64,000 nt of DNA, taken from the NCBI GenBank assembly GCA_031271905.1, contig JAISUT010000017.1, forward strand, positions 17,436 through 81,435, given 5' to 3'. This document shows positions 53,039 through 60,491 of the stretch, piece after piece. Position 1 is the stretch's first letter, and every line of letters begins with the position of its first letter. The notes under the pieces were generated by a model. That model saw only the letters and a list, made by a program, of their open reading frames with translations. It searched no databases and was not told where the DNA came from. Source of the stretch: Acidobacteriota bacterium (GTDB lineage Bacteria; Acidobacteriota; UBA6911). Made by a program: the position numbers and the translations under genes.

Positions 53039-53533
53039 ATGGGTCTTATCAAATCGCTTGTGACCTGGTCGCGCGTCAAGTCGCCGTGGGTCATCCACTT
53101 CAACACCGGCGCGTGCAACGCCTGCGACATCGAGATCGTGGCGTCGATCACCCCCAAGTTCGACTTGGAGCGTTTCGGGGTCCAGTTGAAGGGGACGCCG
53201 CGCCACGCGGACGTGTTGCTCTGCTCCGGCCCGGTGACCCGGCAGATCGAGTCCCGGCTCAAGCGCGTCTACGAGCAGATGTCCAACCCCAAGTTCGTGG
53301 TAGCCATCGGGACTTGCGCCTGCTCCGGCGGCGTGTTCAACGGGTGCTACAATGTCAAGGGCGGCATCGACACGGTGATCCCGGTCTCGGCATACATCCC
53401 CGGATGCCCGGTGCGTCCGGAGGCGATCATCGACGGCGTGGTCAAGCTGCTCGGCAGCCTGAAGAACCCCGCCGCCGCGCCGAAGCTGCCCATCACCATA
53501 GACCCGGCAGGGGTGTTGGAGAAAGGAGCGTAG
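53039..53533 (+). CDS. [NiFe]-hydrogenase group-4 small subunit (NuoB/EchC/MbhJ-like)
   Basis: 164 aa with the four Cys of the proximal [4Fe-4S] cluster (GACNACDIE, CSGPV, GTCACSGG, GCPVRP). Confidence 0.85.
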   Translation: MGLIKSLVTWSRVKSPWVIHFNTGACNACDIEIVASITPKFDLERFGVQLKGTPRHADVLLCSGPVTRQIESRLKRVYEQMSNPKFVVAIGTCACSGGVFNGCYNVKGGIDTVIPVSAYIPGCPVRPEAIIDGVVKLLGSLKNPAAAPKLPITIDPAGVLEKGA

Positions 53534-53538
53534 GGTCA

Positions 53539-54015
53539 ATGGCAAACGAGCAGGCGATACAGATGGAGTTGCAGGACACGTTCCCGTACCTGAACGAGAA
53601 GATCGTCGTCACGCGGGAGCGGCGCATCTGGGCGGAGGTCGCGTCGGAGCATTTCTTCGAGGTGTTCGACTACCTGGTCAAGCACCCGAAATGGGACTTC
53701 CCGATCCTGTGCCTGATCACCGGGCTGGATTCGGGGGACAACCTCGAGTTCATCTACCACCTGGCGCGGCGGGACGGCACGATGTTCAACTTGAAGACCT
53801 TCGTCCCCAAGTCGAACCCGGTGCACAAGACCGTCACGACCGATTATTTCCCCGGCGCGGAGCTTTACGAGCGGGAGCTTGTGGACGTGCTCGGCGCGAA
53901 GATCGAGGGGTTGCCGCCGGGGAACCGGTACCCGTTGCCGGACGGCTGGCCGGACGGGCAGTACCCGCTGCGCAAGGACTGGACCCCGGACATGCTGGAC
54001 AAGGGGAACCTGTAA
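53539..54015 (+). CDS. NuoC/EchD/MbhK-like hydrogenase subunit
   Basis: The start is ATG 53539 with a GGAG ribosome-binding site, giving 158 aa. It has the NuoC-fold motifs ILCLITGLD and LVDVLG. Confidence 0.75.
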   Translation: MANEQAIQMELQDTFPYLNEKIVVTRERRIWAEVASEHFFEVFDYLVKHPKWDFPILCLITGLDSGDNLEFIYHLARRDGTMFNLKTFVPKSNPVHKTVTTDYFPGAELYERELVDVLGAKIEGLPPGNRYPLPDGWPDGQYPLRKDWTPDMLDKGNL

Positions 54016-54035
54016 GAAGTGGCAAGGAGGTGTGT

Positions 54036-55271
54036 ATGGTGAATCCGGAAAAGATAGTGAAGATACCGATAGGCCCTCAGCATCCGGCGCTCAAGGAGCC
54101 GGCTTGCTTCACGGTCTCGCTCAACGGCGAGAAGCTGGTCGATCTCGACCTGCGCTTGGGCTACAACCACCGCGGCGTCGAAAAGGCCGCAGAGGGGCGC
54201 ACGTACACCCAGAACATGTATCTTTTCGAGCGGGTGTGCGGCATCTGCTCGCACTCCCACGCGACCTGCTTCATCCAATGCGTCGAGGAGGTCGCGGGCT
54301 TGGAGGTGCCGCCGCGCGGACGTTTCCTGCGCACGCTCATCGGCGAGCTGGAGAGGATTCACAGCCACTTCCTCTGGCTGGGCGTCGCCGCCCATGAGAT
54401 CGGCTTCGACACGCTTCTGATGTACTCCTGGCGCGACCGCGAAGTGGTGATGGACTTGCTGGCGATGCTGACCGGCAACCGCGTCAACTATGCCGCCAAC
54501 GTCATCGGCGGCGCCAAGCACGATGTCACCGACGAGCAGAAGGCGGCCATCCTCAAGGCCGTCGATACGCTGGAAGAGCGCACGAAATACTACATCGAGG
54601 TGGCTTCGGAGGAGACCACGCTGATCGCCCGGCTCTCGAACGTCGGCCGCATCTCCCTCGAGGACGTGAAGCGCCTCGGGACGGTGGGCCCGACGGCGCG
54701 GGCGTCCGGCCTCAGCCAGGACGCGCGGCGCGACGATCCTTACGCGGCGTACAAGGAAGTGCCGTTCAGCGTCATCACCGACACGCATTGCGACGTTTAC
54801 GGGCGCACGCTCGTGAGGGTCGGCGAACTCATGGAGTCCTACAAGATCATCCGGTACGTCCTGCAGAACCTGCCCGACGGCCCCATCGCGGCGAAGGCCC
54901 CGCGCAAGATCCCCGCCGGGGAGGCGGTGAGCCGCTACGAGGCCCCGCGCGGCGAGGACGTCCACTATGTGCGCGGCAACGGCACGGAAAAGCCCGAGCG
55001 GGTGCGGGTGCGCGCCCCCACGATGGTGAACCTCCTGTCCGTGCCCAAGATGCTGGAGGGGAACAACCTGGCCGACGTGCCGATCACTGTCGCCGCCATC
55101 GACCCCTGCTTCTCCTGCACCGACCGGGCGATCCGGGTCGCGGACGCCGACGGCGGCAACGCGCAGGTCTTCTCCTGGGAGGAGTCGCGGCGTTTCGGCA
55201 TCGACTGGTACCGGAAGAACGGCGTCGATTTCACCGACGTGAACAAGCGCTTGGCGCAGCGGTTGAAATAA
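54036..55271 (+). CDS. [NiFe]-hydrogenase group-4 large (catalytic) subunit (NuoD/EchE/MbhL-like)
   Basis: The start is ATG 54036 with an AAGGAGG ribosome-binding site, giving 411 aa. Both Ni-Fe-ligating CxxC motifs are present, N-terminal L1 RVCGICSHSH and C-terminal L2 DPCFSCTDR, so this is a bona fide hydrogenase and not a complex-I NuoD. Confidence 0.85.
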   Translation: MVNPEKIVKIPIGPQHPALKEPACFTVSLNGEKLVDLDLRLGYNHRGVEKAAEGRTYTQNMYLFERVCGICSHSHATCFIQCVEEVAGLEVPPRGRFLRTLIGELERIHSHFLWLGVAAHEIGFDTLLMYSWRDREVVMDLLAMLTGNRVNYAANVIGGAKHDVTDEQKAAILKAVDTLEERTKYYIEVASEETTLIARLSNVGRISLEDVKRLGTVGPTARASGLSQDARRDDPYAAYKEVPFSVITDTHCDVYGRTLVRVGELMESYKIIRYVLQNLPDGPIAAKAPRKIPAGEAVSRYEAPRGEDVHYVRGNGTEKPERVRVRAPTMVNLLSVPKMLEGNNLADVPITVAAIDPCFSCTDRAIRVADADGGNAQVFSWEESRRFGIDWYRKNGVDFTDVNKRLAQRLK

Positions 55272-55292
55272 GGGAACCCATAACCTATTTAA

Positions 55293-55348
55293 GGGCGCCT
55301 CCGAAAAGGCCCCCGGGCGCAGCGTCCGGGGGTTTTCGGGGGCGTCCC
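55293..55348. repeat. short-form copy of the interspersed palindromic element, between the large-subunit gene and the NuoH-like gene
   Basis: gggcgcctccgaaaaggcccccgggcgcagcgtccgggggttttcgggggcgtccc. Confidence 0.65.
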
Positions 55349-55374
55349 GAAGTCATAGACAAACAGGGTAAGAA

Positions 55375-56313
55375 ATGGCGGCATCCATAATTGAAATGAT
55401 CGTGTTCCCGGGATTCGTCTTCCTGGGGGTGCTGGGCATGATTTTCGAGTACGTGGACAGGATCCTGTACGCGCGACTGCAAAACCGCAAGGGGCCGCCC
55501 TGGTTCCAGCCGTTCGCGGATTTCATCAAGCTGGCGGCTAAGGAGGACATCGTCCCGCGCGAGGCCGACTCGGTGATGTTCAAGGTCACCCCGTTGCTGG
55601 CCGCGACGGCGACGGTGGTGGCGTCGTTCTACATCCCGCTCTGGGGCCCTGCGGCGCTCCATTCCTTCGCGGGCGACGCGGTGGTGGTCATCTACCTGCT
55701 GACGATCCCGACGATGTCGTTCTTCCTCGCCGGCTGGTATTCGACCTCGCTCTACTCGACGGTGGGCGCGGTGCGCACCATCACGCAGCTTTTCGCCTAC
55801 GAGGTGCCGCTGTTTTTGGTGATCCTGGCGCCCGGCATCCTCGCCAAGACGTGGTCGTTGAGCGAGATGGCGGCGTTTTACAGCGCCCACCCGCTCCTGT
55901 GCCTGTCCAACGTCGTCGGCTTCGTCGTCGCGATCGTGGCGCTCCAGGGGAAGCTGGAGCGGATACCCTTCGACATCCCGGAGGCGGAGACCGAGATCGT
56001 CGCGGGCACCTTCACCGAATACAGCGGACGGCTGCTGGTGCTGTTCCGGCTGGCCATCAGCATCGAGACCGTCGTGGGCGCGGCGCTGATCTCCGCCGTG
56101 TTCCTGCCCTTCGGCTACGGCCTGGGCGCGGCGTGGGGCTTCGTCGTCTTCATCGTGAAGATCGCCTTCGTGATGGTCATCCTGGCGGTGTTCAAGACTT
56201 CGGTGGCGCGCCTGCGCATCGAGCAGATGGTCAACTTCTGCTGGAAGTACGTGGCGCCGGCGGCGGTCTTGCAACTGTTCATCAGCTTGATTCTGAGCGC
56301 GTTCGTCGGGTAG
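55375..56313 (+). CDS. NuoH/EchB/MbhM-like membrane subunit
   Basis: 312 aa with eight transmembrane helices. It has the NuoH-type motifs DRILYARLQNRKGP and FDIPEAETEIVAGTFTEYSG. Confidence 0.85.
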   Translation: MAASIIEMIVFPGFVFLGVLGMIFEYVDRILYARLQNRKGPPWFQPFADFIKLAAKEDIVPREADSVMFKVTPLLAATATVVASFYIPLWGPAALHSFAGDAVVVIYLLTIPTMSFFLAGWYSTSLYSTVGAVRTITQLFAYEVPLFLVILAPGILAKTWSLSEMAAFYSAHPLLCLSNVVGFVVAIVALQGKLERIPFDIPEAETEIVAGTFTEYSGRLLVLFRLAISIETVVGAALISAVFLPFGYGLGAAWGFVVFIVKIAFVMVILAVFKTSVARLRIEQMVNFCWKYVAPAAVLQLFISLILSAFVG

Positions 56314-56435
56314 ACGGCGAAAAAGGTTTCGCCGCGACGGGGACTGGCGGCGGCTCTGGAAACGAACGACTGCGGATGGGCGCGGATGGTGGGGCGGGGC
56401 AGCCTCCATCGGCGTCCGTCCCCGGTTGAAAATCT

Positions 56436-56894
56436 TTGAAGGCACGGGGAAGTATGAAAAAACCAGGGAAGATGCTGGCCGAGTTGTTGAGACATGTGAC
56501 CAAGCGGCCTGCGACCACGCAATATCCGTTCAAGAAGATCGACGTCCCGGCGACCTACCGGGGGCGCATCGTATTCATTTCCGAGAACTGCATCGGGTGC
56601 AAGCTCTGCATGAGGGACTGCCCCGCTTCGGCGATCACCATCAACAAGGTCGGCGAGGAGAAGATATTCGAGGCGGTCTTCGATCTGGACAAGTGCATCT
56701 ACTGCGCGCAGTGCGTCCTGTCCTGCAACAAGAAGGCGCTCATGACCTCGACCGATTTCGAGTTGGCGCAGATCACCCGGAAAAACCTCAGAATGGTGTA
56801 CGATGCCAAACCCAAACCGCCCGCTCCCCCCAAAGAACCCGTCGTCGCGCCGCCTGCTGACGCAGGGGCTGCGCCGGCTTCTCCGCAAGCCTGA
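56436..56894 (+). CDS. NuoI/EchF/MbhN-like 2x[4Fe-4S] ferredoxin subunit
   Basis: Two CxxCxxCxxxCP motifs are present (CIGCKLCMRDCP, CIYCAQCVLSC). The start may be the Met at 56454. Confidence 0.8.
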   Translation: MKARGSMKKPGKMLAELLRHVTKRPATTQYPFKKIDVPATYRGRIVFISENCIGCKLCMRDCPASAITINKVGEEKIFEAVFDLDKCIYCAQCVLSCNKKALMTSTDFELAQITRKNLRMVYDAKPKPPAPPKEPVVAPPADAGAAPASPQA

Positions 56895-57480
56895 CGGCGC
56901 CGGGGGGGGGGCTGGGGGCGCCGAAGCCTGCGATGCGCCCCGCAAGGCCGCCTTCGTCGGCATCGGCTCGGAGTTGCGCGGCGACGACGCCGTGGGCGTG
57001 GTCGTCGCCAACAGGCTTCGGGACTGGCAATCCTCCGGCCGCGACGCCGGCGACGCCCCGTCCCATCTTCTTGCGGGCGCCGGGGAAAAGCCCGCAGGCG
57101 CGGCGTCCGGGGTTTTCAACGACGCCCTTTTCGTAAACGGCGGGAGCGCCCCGGAGAACGTCTTGGGCGAGGTCAAGGCTTTCCAGCCCGACGTCATCGT
57201 CTTCATCGACGCGGCTGTCATGGGGCGTGAGCGGGGCGCCGTCCGGCTCATCGACACGCGCCAGGAGAAGATATCCGGCATTTCTTTTTGCACGCACAGC
57301 CTGCCGCTCACCATCATCGCCGACTACATCCGCCAGAGCCTCGACTGCGAGATATATGTCATCGGCATCGAGCCGGGCGACATGGGGTTCCGCCCCGACT
57401 GCGCCCTGTCGCCGCCCGTGGCTGCGGCGGCCGACGAGGTGGTGGACGCCATCGTCGATGCGTCCCTCCCGCCGGCGTGA
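56803..57480 (+). CDS. hydrogenase maturation endopeptidase (HycI/HyaD family), with an unusual start that overlaps the preceding gene
   Basis: AAFVGIGSELRGDDAVGV is the GxGNxxxxDDGxG-like maturation-protease motif, and IVFIDAAVMG with its Asp/His context matches HycI. The only in-frame ATG or GTG is at 56803, 92 nt inside the NuoI-like gene. Confidence 0.65.
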   Translation: MPNPNRPLPPKNPSSRRLLTQGLRRLLRKPDGAGGGAGGAEACDAPRKAAFVGIGSELRGDDAVGVVVANRLRDWQSSGRDAGDAPSHLLAGAGEKPAGAASGVFNDALFVNGGSAPENVLGEVKAFQPDVIVFIDAAVMGRERGAVRLIDTRQEKISGISFCTHSLPLTIIADYIRQSLDCEIYVIGIEPGDMGFRPDCALSPPVAAAADEVVDAIVDASLPPA

Positions 57481-57737
57481 CCGTCGCTTGGGACGGGGGG
57501 GGGATGGGCGGGGTTTCGCGCCGCGGACGGATCTTGGCGCTGCGGCGCCCGCCGTCGCATGCCGCCCCTCCGCCGGGTCGCCGCATGAATTCCATCCATT
57601 TCCCGAAATTTATAGTACAATCGGCGCGTTTGATTTTGATGGTTGGCAAGTGGGGTGCGCCTGACGCATGATGTCCGGCGCACGGAGTTTTACGGGGTCC
57701 GCGGCGGCGTGACGCCGTCGCGGATGTTCGAGCTTGT

Positions 57738-57803
57738 GGGCGCCTCTGAAAACCTCGCAGACAAGGCGCTGGCGCTGTTATCCGGGGTTTTTAGAGGCTC
57801 CCT
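57738..57803. repeat. short-form copy of the interspersed palindromic element, immediately upstream of the MFS transporter start
   Basis: gggcgcctctgaaaacctcgcagacaaggcgctggcgctgttatccggggtttttagaggctccc. Confidence 0.75.
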
Positions 57804-57804
57804 C

Positions 57805-59217
57805 ATGGACGCAACCGGCATGAAGACGGAGATGGGGCGCTATCGCTGGACGATCTGCGCGCTGCTGTTTTTCGCCACGACGGTCAACTACCTCGACCGG
57901 CAGGTCCTGAGCCTGCTCCAGCCGATGCTGTCGAAGGAGTTCGGCTGGTCGAACTCCGACTACGCCGACATCACGTCGGTGTTCCAGTTCGCCTACGGCC
58001 TTGCGGTGCTTTTCGCGGGGCGCTTCATCGACCGCGTCGGGACCAAGCGGGGCTACGCCTGGGCGATAGCGGTGTGGTCGGTCGGCGCCGCCATCCATGC
58101 GGCGGTGTCGGGCGCGGGGGGCGTCGGCGCGGCGGTGTCGCCCGCGCTGGCGGCGGTCGGCGTCGCCGTGCCGGTCTCGGTCGCCGGCTTCATGGTCGGG
58201 CGCTTCGTGCTGGCGGTCGGCGAGGCGGGCAACTTCCCGGCGGCCATCAAGACCGTCGGCGAATGGTTCCCGCGCAAGGAACGCTCGCTGGCGACGGGCA
58301 TATTCAACTCGGGCGCGAACATCGGCGCGGTCCTCGCCCCCCTGCTGGTGCCTTGGATGGCAGGGCTCTGGGGCTGGCAGACGGCGTTCCTCGCCGTCGG
58401 CGCGGCGGGCTTCGTCTGGCTGGCGTTCTGGCTGGCGTTCTACGACGCGCCGGAGAAGATGCTCGCGAAGGGGAAGGTCGGCCAGGCGGAATACGACCGC
58501 ATCGCCGCCGACCGGGAGCCGCTCGAAAAAGCCGACGCCGAAAAGCCTGCGGACGGGGCGGAGGCGAAGGTCTCCTGGTTCACGCTCCTGAAATTCCGCC
58601 AGACCTGGGCGTTCTTCTTCGGGAAGTTCTTCACCGACGGCGTCTGGTGGTTCTTCCTGTTCTGGCTCCCCTCGTTCCTCAAGGCGCAGTACGGCATGGA
58701 GGGGACGGAGATCATGTGGCCGCTCGGCGTGCTCTACAGCCTGACGATGGTCGGCAGCGTCTGCGGCGGCTGGTTCCCCGCCTGGTTCATGAAGAAGGGG
58801 ATGGAGGCGTACAAGGCCCGCATGACGGCCATGTTCGTCATCGCGCTCTTCCCTCTGGCGGTGCTGCTGACGCAGACGGCGGGGCGGCGCGGGATGTGGT
58901 TCGCCATCCTCCTGATCGCCATCGGCTGCTCGGCGCACCAGGCATGGTCGGCGAACATCTACACCACGGTCTCGGACATGTTCCCCAACGGCGCGGTGGC
59001 GTCCATCACCGGCATCGGGACGATGGCGGGCAGCTTCAGCGGCGTGCTCGTCTCCAAGGCCGCAGGGGCGTTGTTCGACCATTACGAGAAAATGGGCGAC
59101 GTGACCGTGGGCTACAGCATCGTCTTCGTGTATTGCGCCGTGGCGTACCTGGTCGCCTGGTGCGTGATGAAGTCGCTGGTGCCGCGCTTTGCGCCGGTGA
59201 ACGTGAAATTGCACTAG
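57805..59217 (+). CDS. MFS transporter, ACS/ExuT-like (hexuronate/sugar-acid transporter)
   Basis: It has 12 transmembrane helices. RWTICALLFFATTVNYLDRQVLSLLQP and GRFIDRVGTKRG are typical of ExuT/ACS-family MFS proteins. The start is ATG 57805 or 57820. Confidence 0.75.
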   Translation: MDATGMKTEMGRYRWTICALLFFATTVNYLDRQVLSLLQPMLSKEFGWSNSDYADITSVFQFAYGLAVLFAGRFIDRVGTKRGYAWAIAVWSVGAAIHAAVSGAGGVGAAVSPALAAVGVAVPVSVAGFMVGRFVLAVGEAGNFPAAIKTVGEWFPRKERSLATGIFNSGANIGAVLAPLLVPWMAGLWGWQTAFLAVGAAGFVWLAFWLAFYDAPEKMLAKGKVGQAEYDRIAADREPLEKADAEKPADGAEAKVSWFTLLKFRQTWAFFFGKFFTDGVWWFFLFWLPSFLKAQYGMEGTEIMWPLGVLYSLTMVGSVCGGWFPAWFMKKGMEAYKARMTAMFVIALFPLAVLLTQTAGRRGMWFAILLIAIGCSAHQAWSANIYTTVSDMFPNGAVASITGIGTMAGSFSGVLVSKAAGALFDHYEKMGDVTVGYSIVFVYCAVAYLVAWCVMKSLVPRFAPVNVKLH

Positions 59218-59269
59218 GAAGCCGTTGGGAGGCGAAGGGCTGTCGCGCAGGCGGAGGTGCGGGAGGCGG

Positions 59270-60373
59270 ATGTATCTTAAAGACGACAAACGGATAGTGC
59301 TGACGCTCGACGCCGGCGGGACCAGCTTCCGCTTCTCCGCCGTCCGGGGCGGCGTCCCGGTCGTGGAGACGGTGACGCTCCCGTCCGACGCGGGCGACCT
59401 CGGCAAATGCCTCGGCAACATCGTCGAGGGCTTCGCCCGCGTCAAGGGGCGGTGCCCGGAGGCGCCGGTCGCCGTCAGCTTCGCCTTCCCCGGTCCGGCG
59501 GACTACCCGCGCGGCATCATCGGCGATTTGCCGAACCTGCCCGGCTTCCGCGGCGGCGTGGCGCTCGGCCCGATGCTCGAGGACAAGTTCAGCCTGCCCG
59601 TCTACATCAACAACGACGGCGACCTGTTCACATACGGCGAAGCCATCGCGGGCTTCCTCCCCTACGTCAACGGGCTGCTGGCGGCGGCGGGCAGCCCCAA
59701 GCGCTACCGCAACCTCCTCGGCGTCACGCTGGGGACAGGCTTCGGCGCGGGGATCGTCATCGACGGCAAGCTGCTGGCCGGTGACAACGCCATCGCGGGG
59801 GAGATATGGCTGATGCGCAACAAGCTCGACCCGCGCACCAACGCCGAGGAGGGGGTCAGCATCCGCGCCCTGCGCCGCGCCTACGCCAAGGAGGCCGGCG
59901 TCGCGCCGGAGGACGCGCCCGACCCCAGGGAGGTTTTCGCCATCGGGACGAGCGGTCGCCAAGGCGCCGCCGCCGCCGCCCGCGAAGCCTTCCGGCGACT
60001 GGGGGAGGTCGCCGGCGACGCGATGGCGCACGCGCTGACGCTGGTGGACGGGCTGGCGGTCGTCGGAGGCGGCATCTCGGCGGCCTGGCCGCTGTTCCTG
60101 CCCGCGCTGGTCGCGGAGCTCAACGGCCGGTACGAGGCGCCGGACGGGACGCGCTTCCCGCGCCTGGCCTCCATGGCCTGCAACCTCGAAGACCCGGAGT
60201 CGATGGAGCGGTTCCTGAAAGGGGCTGCGCGCGAGGTGCGCGTCCCCGGGAGCGGCAAGACGGTCGCCTACGATGCGTTGCGCCGCGTCGGCGTCGGCGT
60301 CTCGCGCCTGGGCACGAGCGAGGCGGTGTCTGTCGGCGCCTACGCCTACGCCTTGCAAAAGCTGGACGAATAG
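59270..60373 (+). CDS. ROK-family sugar kinase (glucokinase/N-acetylglucosamine kinase-like)
   Basis: The start is ATG 59270, giving 367 aa. It has an N-terminal ATP-binding motif (LTLDAGGTSFRFSAV) and ROK signature segments (YINNDGDLFTYGE, GVTLGTGFGAGIVIDGKL). Confidence 0.7.
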   Translation: MYLKDDKRIVLTLDAGGTSFRFSAVRGGVPVVETVTLPSDAGDLGKCLGNIVEGFARVKGRCPEAPVAVSFAFPGPADYPRGIIGDLPNLPGFRGGVALGPMLEDKFSLPVYINNDGDLFTYGEAIAGFLPYVNGLLAAAGSPKRYRNLLGVTLGTGFGAGIVIDGKLLAGDNAIAGEIWLMRNKLDPRTNAEEGVSIRALRRAYAKEAGVAPEDAPDPREVFAIGTSGRQGAAAAAREAFRRLGEVAGDAMAHALTLVDGLAVVGGGISAAWPLFLPALVAELNGRYEAPDGTRFPRLASMACNLEDPESMERFLKGAAREVRVPGSGKTVAYDALRRVGVGVSRLGTSEAVSVGAYAYALQKLDE

Positions 60374-60491
60374 TAAAGACTGGACGGGCGTGACGGGATA
60401 AAGGTGGAAGATAAAGGTGGAAGGTGCGGCACGAATAAAAGGCGAGTGCAGTTGATATGCAGTTAATACTCTCATTCAAGGGGGACGGAGC

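Noticed and set aside
56933-57136. 67-aa ORF starting at ATG 56933 as an alternative start for the HycI protease
   Set aside because: It is in a different reading frame from the conserved protease motif (AAFVGIGSELRGDD). Its translation is Ala/Ser/Pro low-complexity.
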